This document shows positions 37,898-46,739 of a stretch of DNA of 64,000 bases, piece by piece. The notes beneath the pieces were generated by a model. It saw only the letters and a program-made list of their open reading frames with translations, ran no database searches and was not told the DNA's origin. A program made the position numbers and the translations under genes. The stretch spans positions 1 to 64,000 of IMG/VR virus record IMGVR_UViG_3300025121_000002, one strand, 5' to 3'. The stretch's first letter is position 1. Each line of letters opens with the position of its first letter. This stretch comes from a virus.

Positions 37898-40791
37898 TAT
37901 TTATATGCTCTCGGTGTTGTTTGTTCGTTGTAAGTTACTGAATATCCAATAATACCAAACTTCTCTCTGGCTACGTTATGTTCAAATTTCAAATATATAT
38001 AACGACATCTTTGTTTATTTCTAGGCACATACGTTCTAAATGGTCTTTCTCCACCATCACCACCATAAACATACTCACCATATGTTTGAGTACCATAATC
38101 ACCATTACCTTCTGCTTCAAATTCAATACCTTCTAAATGAGCACTTATATCACTTCTAAAAGACATAGTACCATATGTAAAGTTATATTGATCAAACATT
38201 AACGTTGATTCTCTAAATTGTTTCATTAATGATGAATCACCTAAAGTTTCCGCGGAATATTGCGTTTCAGTACTTATACCATTGAATATAATACAATCAC
38301 CAACTAGAATTGGTATTTCGTTATAAAGAATAACTTTACCTAAAGAAAATATTACATCTTTAATAACGGCTTCGTAAGTTATAGCTGTTGTATATTTTTC
38401 ATAGTTAGTAAAGGCAATACCAGTTGATGTATTTAGTTCGTCTACAAGAAGATTAAACCCATCTCTAAGGTCTTCTATATCGTTACTACCAGAATAACTA
38501 GTATAAGTTTGTAGAACGTCATCTAGGGCTATTTTTGACACTAATGCTTGTAGTCTACCACCTAGATCATTACCTGTTGATAATTTCAATTCGGTATAGT
38601 AATCTGAATCATCTAACATCCAATCTTTATCTAACTGATTTAATAATCGATTAAATCTAACAATAGTAATATATTGTATTTGATATAATACATCATGAAT
38701 GTTAACATTAAGTATGTTACTTGGAAAAATTATATCACTTCTAATTGTTGATGGTGATAATGTTTTTTCATATTCTCTATCAGCATAGTCTGTTCTTTCA
38801 AAGTTTTTTCTTTCAATTTCTATCTGGTTAATATCTGATGGACCTAAATAAAGTCTATCATTACCACTATTTACAATACCACAAGTTTTACTCATTATCC
38901 AACGAGTCCAAGTCCTTGTAAATACGTTAAAACGATAACATTGTGTTGCTGTTGTATCTGTTGGTAATGTTGGTAAAAACAATAGATAAGCTCTATCACT
39001 TTCATAAGTTATACCAAAAGACTTCTTAGAGAAATTAGGAAAATTACTAGATGTTGGTTTTAGTATTAAGTCTTCTATCTTTCTAGAAATAATACTAACA
39101 GCACCATCAGTAACGGTAACAACACCTTGACTTGTTAACATATATATTTGATTATTCAATACTTGAGCTGTGTCAGCAGCTATTAATGGACTAGATGAGT
39201 CTGTTAATGTAACAACGAAAGTATCTGGAGTAGTTCCAGTTAATCTATATATACCATCAGTCTTAAGAATAAATAAAGATTCTCTTAAAGACATAACTCT
39301 TAGAATTGGTTTATCTTTAGATCCAATAGCTATGTAATTTAATATTGGAACAGATTCAGGTTGTTCTGCTTTTGAATAATAAATCCTATTAGGATTAACT
39401 TCATTATCAGACTTAACTGATGAAGTAAATGGTGTTGATGGAACTACCAAGGGTATTTTAGGACTAATATCATTACCAGAAGCTTCTATATTTGTTCCTA
39501 AATAAAATGGTATGTTAGCCATAACTCTTTTTTCTAACATCAATTGACCTGGAAGATCATTTGGTCCAGAAAGATAGAAAGCATATACTCTAGATGATTG
39601 ATTACGATTAATTACTTTAATCAAAGAATTAACCGTATCGTCTATATTTTGTGAAGGTGTACCAGCTTTAGCTAAAGCAAACTTTTTATTTGGTATATCC
39701 TCAACTGTTGAAGCTTCATAAGTTTCATAACCACTTATATCACCAATATAAAGTTTAGTTGGTCCACCCACATCACCTTCATCTTTAAAATCATCAACAG
39801 CTAAAACATCAAAAAATAAACGATGTAACGTTGATGTATTTGCATAAAAGACATAACTTTGATATTTAGTTACATCTTTAGCTAATGGTGGTCTATCATT
39901 TGAAGAATTTATTCCTTCTCCTGATATTGGATTTGTATATAAAGTAGTTCCAGAAGCTCTAAAATCTTCAGAAACTAAATCAGTAGCAGTTACATAACCA
40001 TTACTAAAATCTGTTGAAGTTGGATAATCTTCAAACACTAAATTCATTTCATCTTCTGGAACATTTAAAATAGCACCAACCATGTTATCTTTTTGTACAT
40101 CTCTATAGACTTGGTATCCATAGTTGTTTTCAGAAGTTATTGTGTACGCATCAATTATTTCGGTTGGTATTGTAAATGTTAAAGTTGTTGCTTTTGAAGC
40201 ACCTGAAGTATTTCTTATTATTCCTATCTGTCCCGGAGATCCTATTTTTAAATTACCATTAACATCTTTTCTAAACCAAACAACTCTATAAGCTGTCATC
40301 TTATTGTTTTCTAACCAATCTGTAGAGGCGTTTAACTCTATTTGTATATCTAACGCTTTAGGAACACCAGCACTAACTATATAACCTGGATCTGTTGTTA
40401 ATTCTGTAGCTTCCAATGCTGATATTACTTTGATTCCTTCATTTGTTGTAAAATATAAATTACCATTAGATTCAACACTCTTTATTCTAAGTCCTGATTC
40501 TAATTCTGTATATGTTCCTGAGAATTCAGAAAAAGCACCACTACCATCATCAAACAATAATTTAGTAGCGTAGTGTATTAGTATTCTACCTTTATATTGT
40601 AATAGTTGTTTAGAGACATCCGATGCTGTTCCAAAAGAATCACCATATATTTTCATACCTCTACGAGGTTCAATAACACCATCTTTATCTATTACTATAT
40701 TATTAGCTTGAACTAATGCACCATCTTCCAGTGTTAATTCATTTTTAAATGAATGTAATCCCAATGCTGCATTTACTGTTTTTTGTGGCAT
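37897..40791 (-). CDS. large tail protein (nozzle / tail tubular B-like)
   Basis: 964 aa, beta-rich. The N-terminus ..DGALVQANNIVIDKDGVIEPRRG resembles podovirus gp12-type N-termini. Call rests on position and size. Confidence 0.4.
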   Translation of the reverse strand: MPQKTVNAALGLHSFKNELTLEDGALVQANNIVIDKDGVIEPRRGMKIYGDSFGTASDVSKQLLQYKGRILIHYATKLLFDDGSGAFSEFSGTYTELESGLRIKSVESNGNLYFTTNEGIKVISALEATELTTDPGYIVSAGVPKALDIQIELNASTDWLENNKMTAYRVVWFRKDVNGNLKIGSPGQIGIIRNTSGASKATTLTFTIPTEIIDAYTITSENNYGYQVYRDVQKDNMVGAILNVPEDEMNLVFEDYPTSTDFSNGYVTATDLVSEDFRASGTTLYTNPISGEGINSSNDRPPLAKDVTKYQSYVFYANTSTLHRLFFDVLAVDDFKDEGDVGGPTKLYIGDISGYETYEASTVEDIPNKKFALAKAGTPSQNIDDTVNSLIKVINRNQSSRVYAFYLSGPNDLPGQLMLEKRVMANIPFYLGTNIEASGNDISPKIPLVVPSTPFTSSVKSDNEVNPNRIYYSKAEQPESVPILNYIAIGSKDKPILRVMSLRESLFILKTDGIYRLTGTTPDTFVVTLTDSSSPLIAADTAQVLNNQIYMLTSQGVVTVTDGAVSIISRKIEDLILKPTSSNFPNFSKKSFGITYESDRAYLLFLPTLPTDTTATQCYRFNVFTRTWTRWIMSKTCGIVNSGNDRLYLGPSDINQIEIERKNFERTDYADREYEKTLSPSTIRSDIIFPSNILNVNIHDVLYQIQYITIVRFNRLLNQLDKDWMLDDSDYYTELKLSTGNDLGGRLQALVSKIALDDVLQTYTSYSGSNDIEDLRDGFNLLVDELNTSTGIAFTNYEKYTTAITYEAVIKDVIFSLGKVILYNEIPILVGDCIIFNGISTETQYSAETLGDSSLMKQFRESTLMFDQYNFTYGTMSFRSDISAHLEGIEFEAEGNGDYGTQTYGEYVYGGDGGERPFRTYVPRNKQRCRYIYLKFEHNVAREKFGIIGYSVTYNEQTTPRAYK

Positions 40792-40800
40792 TTTTCATCC

Positions 40801-41790
40801 TTATATTGAACGTTTACCTTTTCTACCGATACCACTACTTCTTAAAATATTATGACGAGATTTAGCTTTGATTGGAGATCCTGATATTCTGTTGTCTAAC
40901 ATTAATCCGTTATTGTTCTCCATTTTTTCTAAACGTCTAGTAGCAACGGCTAAATTTTGAACATCACCATTAGCTTCTAAAACTAATGTTGCTGTCATTT
41001 GTGCTAATAATGGGTGTAGTTCACTTGGACAATTAATTAGATCTGTTTCACCAGCTAATGATAATCTATCACCAATAGATAATCTTGGTGGTATGTTCTC
41101 GGGATCTAGTTGTATATATTTACCTGAAGTATTTATCGATATAATAGGAACATCAAAACTTATAATTTTATGAGGTGATTTTGTTCTGACGAAATCATAT
41201 AAAGCTGTTGCTGAAAAATTAGTAGGTAAAGCTGTTTTATTTTCATCAGAATTAATTAAAGTTATAATACCGTTAGTTCTATCAATGTTTTGAATTATCG
41301 CAACTCTTTCATTTAATACTAAAGCGTTTGGTTTTATTAAATAGAAGAATAGTAAACCACCAATACCGTCTATATTATCTTCACTAGTGTGTATTACTAG
41401 ATTCTCACCTTCTATATAGTATCTAAAAACTCCATTATTACCATTATAATCAACTAATTCATCTGTTGATACTTGTATCATATCCTGTTTAGTTTCTTCA
41501 TCATTTATGTCACTAATATAAAACACTTCTTGAAATTTAGCTCCTATTGAACGATATGGTATTTCATATCGTTTTACACCAGCTTCTAATGGTATTATTT
41601 CTTGAATACGAAAATAGTTCTCTTGTTTTGATAAAATTAAAGGAATTAATGAGCTTGACATCTCATCGTTTGCTAATTTTAATATGTCATTATCATCTAG
41701 TAAATTTTGACTGTCTGGTATATTAGTACGTTTTTTTATACTATCTAATAATTCAATAGATGAATAATAGGATTTGTTTGCTGTAGACAT
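40801..41790 (-). CDS. tail/adaptor-type structural protein
   Basis: 329 aa, immediately upstream of the nozzle-like gene. Confidence 0.35.
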   Translation of the reverse strand: MSTANKSYYSSIELLDSIKKRTNIPDSQNLLDDNDILKLANDEMSSSLIPLILSKQENYFRIQEIIPLEAGVKRYEIPYRSIGAKFQEVFYISDINDEETKQDMIQVSTDELVDYNGNNGVFRYYIEGENLVIHTSEDNIDGIGGLLFFYLIKPNALVLNERVAIIQNIDRTNGIITLINSDENKTALPTNFSATALYDFVRTKSPHKIISFDVPIISINTSGKYIQLDPENIPPRLSIGDRLSLAGETDLINCPSELHPLLAQMTATLVLEANGDVQNLAVATRRLEKMENNNGLMLDNRISGSPIKAKSRHNILRSSGIGRKGKRSI

Positions 41791-41804
41791 AGTACATCCT
41801 TATA

Positions 41805-42152
41805 TTATTCTTTTAATTGAGAAGCTAATTCCATTAGTTTTTTAAGTTTAGCTAATTTATTATCTTTTCCTTCTTCCATTCCATCACATTCAGCTTCATC
41901 TTCTTTACATTCTTCCATTTCTTCTTCACTTCCAACAATTTCTTTAGCTTTCTCTAGTCCTTCTTCTAATCCATCTTTATCTGGAGCGGCTACTGTTACT
42001 TTTTTCATACCTTTTAATTCTTCACCACCAGCTTCATTCATGATAGAATCAATATCATCAAGCATTGACTCTTTAATCTTCTTAGATTTATCATCAACAA
42101 ATTTACCTTCTTTTGCTTTCTTTCTTAGTAGATCTTTAAATTTTTCAATCAT
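41805..42152 (-). CDS. hypothetical acidic protein
   Basis: E/K/D-rich. Confidence 0.45.
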   Translation of the reverse strand: MIEKFKDLLRKKAKEGKFVDDKSKKIKESMLDDIDSIMNEAGGEELKGMKKVTVAAPDKDGLEEGLEKAKEIVGSEEEMEECKEDEAECDGMEEGKDNKLAKLKKLMELASQLKE

Positions 42153-42381
42153 TAGAAACTCCTTTATTTTTATTCTCTAAGTAAGTTTTAGTACCACTTA
42201 TCAAATGTTCTGTTAAGTTTGCACCAAAAAAAGATACAGCACAAACCTTTAATAAATCAACTAGCTGAGCACCATCTATATAGTTACCAACTCTAAGTAA
42301 AACACTTAGTAGTGTTATTATTCCCATTATCCAAACTTTACGATAACCCATTAAAAAATCTAGTTTTAATCTAGATAACAT
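42145..42381 (-). CDS. small membrane protein (2 TM)
   Basis: ATG 42381 after GGAG, just past the upstream stop. VWIMGIITLLSVLL and VCAVSFFGANL. Confidence 0.45.
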   Translation of the reverse strand: MLSRLKLDFLMGYRKVWIMGIITLLSVLLRVGNYIDGAQLVDLLKVCAVSFFGANLTEHLISGTKTYLENKNKGVSND

Positions 42382-42382
42382 A

Positions 42383-42778
42383 TTAAACTCCAGTTGTCTC
42401 ACTTCTAAATTTAAAAGTTAGACTAACATAACCACTAACGTCAGGTGAAGTATATTGTACTTGACCACTAGATGTTATATCAAATTCTATACCACTATCA
42501 TCACCTGTACTATTTACTGACATATACCAACCAGAATTATTTTGTACACCTATTAATTCAAATATTTCAAATTTATCACTAGTAGCTTGCAAATCAACAC
42601 TAACTATAGTTTTAAAAGATCTAACATCAGCATTAGCAAAAGCTAATCCTGTTACGTTAGTAAATGATGTTTGATTGTTGCTACCACTAAAAGACGTTTC
42701 TTCGATATCACCTGTGCTAGGTGAAGATATAGACACTAATTTTGGTATTCCATTTACAAAATTTACAGCATATCCCAT
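42383..42778 (-). CDS. stand-alone copy of a fibre-associated module of about 100 aa
   Basis: ..NNQTSFTNVTG...GDDSGIEFDITSSGQVQYTSPDVSGYVSLTFKF.. is paralogous to the C-termini of 49728..51332 and 51354..52022. Confidence 0.5.
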   Translation of the reverse strand: MGYAVNFVNGIPKLVSISSPSTGDIEETSFSGSNNQTSFTNVTGLAFANADVRSFKTIVSVDLQATSDKFEIFELIGVQNNSGWYMSVNSTGDDSGIEFDITSSGQVQYTSPDVSGYVSLTFKFRSETTGV

Positions 42779-42791
42779 TTTATATCCTTGT

Positions 42792-42823
42792 AAAAAGAAG
42801 AGAAGGACTTCATGTCCTTCTCT
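42792..42823 (-). terminator. rho-independent terminator
   Basis: Minus sense: AGAGAAGGAC-atgaa-GTCCTTCTCT followed by TCTTTTT. Confidence 0.7.
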
Positions 42824-42838
42824 GCTTAATTATGTTAA

Positions 42839-44437
42839 TTAGATAGCTAATTCAAGATGTGGAGCAAGAACTATTTTACCAAGAGCACTAGCATGTCCAA
42901 GTAGTACTATGTTTTTATCGGCTGGAGCAGTTTTAGTAGCATTTCCAGCAGTAGCAGAAAGATAAACACGTTTACCTAAATCAAAGTTTCCATCTTTAAG
43001 TACAGTAACTTCACCAGCTACTTGTACTAGTCCAGAAGCTTCATCTGCTATTTCAGCAATAACAACACCAATAGTACCTTCACAAGTACTTAATGCGTCA
43101 GCATCAGCAAGAATGATTTCACCAGCAACAGTTTGACTTAAACAAACAACAGATCCTGCTGGTATAGCACTTCCTGTATTATTAGTTAATGTGATAGAAA
43201 CAGATTGAACAGAACTACGTGCATCTAATTTAGCGATAGCACTTTCAATAGTATCGGTATTTGCTATAACGCCAGCAGAAGCAGCATATGCATCAGAAAG
43301 TCCAATATCATTAGCTTCAAGTACAACGTCACCGGCTTGACCATTTACAGATGTAACTTCATCGCTAACATCCCATTTTTCCCAAGCACTACCATTGTAA
43401 GCTACTTTATCACCAGAAGCAAGAACTATACTACCTCCAAAAGCACCAAAATCATGTGTTCCTGCTGTTGTAACTCTATATAGAGCACCTTGTACTCTTG
43501 CAGCTTCTAAATCTAAATCTGGACTATTTGTAGTAGCATTATAAGTACCAGCATAGAACAATGGACTTGGTATAGATTCTACTTCAGTTTCCAAAGCTTG
43601 TAAAGCTGCTTTGATTGTTGAACTATCAGCAATAACTGATCCTGTAAATGTTCCTAAATGTTGAGCATTTTCAGCAACACCAGAAAGAGTTACTAAATCG
43701 TTAGCGTTAGCATCTATTTCTTCTTGAGCTGTTTCTAGAGCTTGTAGAGCAGCTTTGATTGTTTGATCATCAGCTATAGTAGATCCTGTGAATGATCCTA
43801 GATTATCAGAATCAACAGCTACACCAGAAAGTGTTACAAGATGTCCAACATCATCAGCAGCACCAGAAGCTACACCGGCAGTTGTTTCATGAGCACTTTC
43901 AATTGCTTGTAATGCGACTTTGATAGTTGAGCTATCAGCGATTGTGCTTCCAGTAAAAGCACCTAAGTGTTGTGCATTTTCTGCAACACCTGATAATGTA
44001 ATTAAATCATTAGCATTTACATCAACTTCTTCATGTGCTGTTTCTAATGCTTGTAATGCAGCTTTTACTGTAGAATTATCGACTATTGTTGATCCAGTAA
44101 ATTCACCTAAATTCTCAGCATTAACGGCAACACCAGAAAGTATTACCAAATCACCAATAGCAGTTTCAGCAGTTCCTAAATCTGTATCTAATTTTTCAAT
44201 ACCTGATTGAACAGTTACTTGTGTACGAACAGCAGTTAAACCTACTTGATCAGCACCTGAACTACCATCAACTACAGAAGCGATAAGAATTAACTTATCA
44301 GCAATAGCTCCAGTAATTTCAGCACTATTTGCACCTACTTTAATGGAACTTACTTTAAGTATGTCTGTACCACCATTTAGATCGACTTCTTTATGAAACC
44401 CATCTATATAACGAATTAATTTACTAATGTCTGTCAT
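42839..44437 (-). CDS. tail fibre protein with four shaft repeats of about 47-55 aa
   Basis: Repeat DL(V/I)TLSGVA.NA..LG.FTGS.IAD..TIKAALQALE(T/S)A.EE x4. GGAG RBS. Confidence 0.6.
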   Translation of the reverse strand: MTDISKLIRYIDGFHKEVDLNGGTDILKVSSIKVGANSAEITGAIADKLILIASVVDGSSGADQVGLTAVRTQVTVQSGIEKLDTDLGTAETAIGDLVILSGVAVNAENLGEFTGSTIVDNSTVKAALQALETAHEEVDVNANDLITLSGVAENAQHLGAFTGSTIADSSTIKVALQAIESAHETTAGVASGAADDVGHLVTLSGVAVDSDNLGSFTGSTIADDQTIKAALQALETAQEEIDANANDLVTLSGVAENAQHLGTFTGSVIADSSTIKAALQALETEVESIPSPLFYAGTYNATTNSPDLDLEAARVQGALYRVTTAGTHDFGAFGGSIVLASGDKVAYNGSAWEKWDVSDEVTSVNGQAGDVVLEANDIGLSDAYAASAGVIANTDTIESAIAKLDARSSVQSVSITLTNNTGSAIPAGSVVCLSQTVAGEIILADADALSTCEGTIGVVIAEIADEASGLVQVAGEVTVLKDGNFDLGKRVYLSATAGNATKTAPADKNIVLLGHASALGKIVLAPHLELAI

Positions 44438-44465
44438 TTTTTAAATCTCCAAAAAATTGTTTATA

Positions 44466-44984
44466 TTATGCTTTTTTTACCAGTAAACGAGCAATAGCTC
44501 CTGCTCCTGGATCTGCTGACCATGTTAATGTAATTGCATCTACTGCCTGATTAAAAGATACTAAAGCTGTACTATTAGCTCCTGCTGTTTTTTGTGAACA
44601 AGCAAGAATAACATCACCAGCAGCTAAACCAACAGCAGCAACACTTTCTACAGCACCACCACCAGCAGAAGCTGCGGTATCAATTACAACTAAATCTGCT
44701 ATATCTAATTTTAAAGCTAATGCATCAAATACTACATTTTGTGATGGAGCTTTAGTTGTAACTCCGTCAACTAATGCATCTTCTATATCAGAACTATTAG
44801 CTTTCAATGCTAATGCATCAAATACTGCATTTTGTGAAGGTGCTTTATCAACAACAGCATTAACAATAGCATCTTCTATAACATCAGCAGCAGCATCTTC
44901 AGCAATATCAGTAGCTTCAACTAAAACAGCATCGATAGCATCTTGTACGTTTTTTTCATCAATTCCTTTGTAATCTACACTCAT
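44466..44984 (-). CDS. fibre-like protein
   Basis: NVQDAIDAV and twice KAPSQN.VFDALALK (fibre-repeat-like). AAGGAG RBS. Confidence 0.5.
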   Translation of the reverse strand: MSVDYKGIDEKNVQDAIDAVLVEATDIAEDAAADVIEDAIVNAVVDKAPSQNAVFDALALKANSSDIEDALVDGVTTKAPSQNVVFDALALKLDIADLVVIDTAASAGGGAVESVAAVGLAAGDVILACSQKTAGANSTALVSFNQAVDAITLTWSADPGAGAIARLLVKKA

Positions 44985-44999
44985 TATTATCTCCTTAGT

Positions 45000-45173
45000 T
45001 TATTCATCAATTTTTTCAAATTGATATTGAAGTTTTACTTTTAAAGGCAATCCTGACATCTTTAAAAGTTTGTTAACTCTTGTTACTAATAATTTTAACA
45101 TCTTAGCTACTTTCTTACCTACTTCCTGAGAAAGTTGTTGAATCTCTTCGTTACTTTTTGATTCTAAATCCAT
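45000..45173 (-). CDS. hypothetical small helical protein (57 aa, below the track cutoff)
   Basis: Hand-translated MDLESKSNEEIQQLSQEVGKKVAKMLKLLVTRVNKLLKMSGLP.. AGGAG RBS. Confidence 0.4.
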   Translation of the reverse strand: MDLESKSNEEIQQLSQEVGKKVAKMLKLLVTRVNKLLKMSGLPLKVKLQYQFEKIDE

Positions 45174-45242
45174 GAAATTGCTCCTATTTAATGTTTATCA
45201 CCGTTTATTATTCTTCCTAAATAACAGCTACGATAAATACTC

Positions 45243-45259
45243 ACATTAAAACTTGATAA
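45243..45259 (-). promoter_or_regulatory. late-promoter-like motif variant TTATCAAGTTTTAATGT
   Basis: 16/17 match to the consensus. 69 nt upstream of the ATG at 45173. Confidence 0.45.
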
Positions 45260-45265
45260 AATGAA

Positions 45266-46243
45266 TTAACTTAATTGAATTATTACATCTGGATCTAGTA
45301 TAATATCTTTATTTAAAGGATTATCTTGATTTTTAGAAACCACACCAACTTTTATAACGAAATCTCCAGAAACAAATCCATTAATACCAACTTGAGGTAA
45401 AACATTAGTTAAACCACCAGTTTTACTAACATATAGTATATCACCAAAACTAAAAGCTATTGATACGTTTTTTATAACTCTATCAGACTTAATTTCACCT
45501 TGTTCACCATCTAAAGTGTCTGAAGCTAATAAACCAATAATACCAACACTATTTGATATAGAAACATCTATCAAATCCATATCACCATTAGTATTAACTC
45601 TAACTGGTGTATTCTCTAGAATAGTACTTCCTGTATTATTTTCTAGAAGTATAGGTGGTGTTTGATTCTGTATCTCTAATAGTTCTTGACTATTTTCCCA
45701 TTTACCACTAGTAAAGTTGAATTTAAGTATATCACTTTCATCAGGACTATATAAATCAACATCAGTTAAACTAGATAAAGAAGCACCAGCACTTACAGCT
45801 TTTAAATCAATTTCATTTGTCGAAGCATTTCCTGTGATACTAATTGTAGAATCACTAGAAATAAAATTGAAGCTTCTTGTAGACAAATCATCCCCATTAG
45901 TACAGCCAATCTCTACCGATCCACCAATGGGACGTTTAAAAAAACTTGCAACAACTATTTTTGGTATTCCTGAAGCATTATAAACAGAACATCTAAAACG
46001 TATTAACTCATATGAACTAATATCAACATAAGTGCTATCAACACCAATTATAGTATCGATAGTATCCCAATTAGATTGATTTTTTAGTTTTCCTTCTACA
46101 ACAACAGCATTGATAATTCCTACATTTTCAGTTACAACTCTTAGTGAAGGCTGTTCGGCTAAGTCATAACCATCAGAACTACCAAGTATCCCTGTAGATC
46201 GAAAATCAATTTCTAAATTGAGTCTACGATCTGCTGTAGACAT
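45266..46243 (-). CDS. fibre/tail spike-like structural protein
   Basis: AGGAGG RBS. Beta-rich, 325 aa. Confidence 0.45.
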   Translation of the reverse strand: MSTADRRLNLEIDFRSTGILGSSDGYDLAEQPSLRVVTENVGIINAVVVEGKLKNQSNWDTIDTIIGVDSTYVDISSYELIRFRCSVYNASGIPKIVVASFFKRPIGGSVEIGCTNGDDLSTRSFNFISSDSTISITGNASTNEIDLKAVSAGASLSSLTDVDLYSPDESDILKFNFTSGKWENSQELLEIQNQTPPILLENNTGSTILENTPVRVNTNGDMDLIDVSISNSVGIIGLLASDTLDGEQGEIKSDRVIKNVSIAFSFGDILYVSKTGGLTNVLPQVGINGFVSGDFVIKVGVVSKNQDNPLNKDIILDPDVIIQLS

Positions 46244-46260
46244 TTGTACCTCCTAATAAT

Positions 46261-46728
46261 TTATAAATTCTTAAATTCTTCGAATGTTAATGGACTTTCT
46301 GGTAAAACTTGTTCTTGTGTTATATCTCTTAAGTACATTCTATAGTTCTTCATTAGTATTAATTCTTCTGATGTTATAGGGTAATCAGAAAGCATATACT
46401 TATCTGTAGATTGTAGTAGTACATTTCTTTTGTTTCTTAACTGTTCTATGTTATACTCATTAGTAATGTCTTCAATTGTGATAACATAATCAGCTTTGAT
46501 TGTGTATTCTGTATATATAACAGTTTCTCCTAGTATTTCTTCTGTTTTTTCTTCTTGACTAAGGATTCTAGAAAGAAGTTCTTCTGGGACTGTTCTTAGT
46601 TTACGTTCTGGTAAACCTATTACCTTTTCATCAATTTGTTGTTGTAACCAAGAGTCAATTCTTTCATCTTCAACTTTTGATGGATAGTATTTATTTGTTA
46701 TTTCATTATGTATTATTACTTTTTTCAT
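46261..46728 (-). CDS. tail fibre assembly chaperone (Caudo_TAP-like)
   Basis: LRNKRNVLLQSTDKYMLSDYPIT..E....NYRMYLRDIT matches the R..LL..sD....D......yR..LrDi chaperone motif. Directly downstream of the 761-aa fibre. Confidence 0.6.
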   Translation of the reverse strand: MKKVIIHNEITNKYYPSKVEDERIDSWLQQQIDEKVIGLPERKLRTVPEELLSRILSQEEKTEEILGETVIYTEYTIKADYVITIEDITNEYNIEQLRNKRNVLLQSTDKYMLSDYPITSEELILMKNYRMYLRDITQEQVLPESPLTFEEFKNL

Positions 46729-46739
46729 ATATTATCCTT

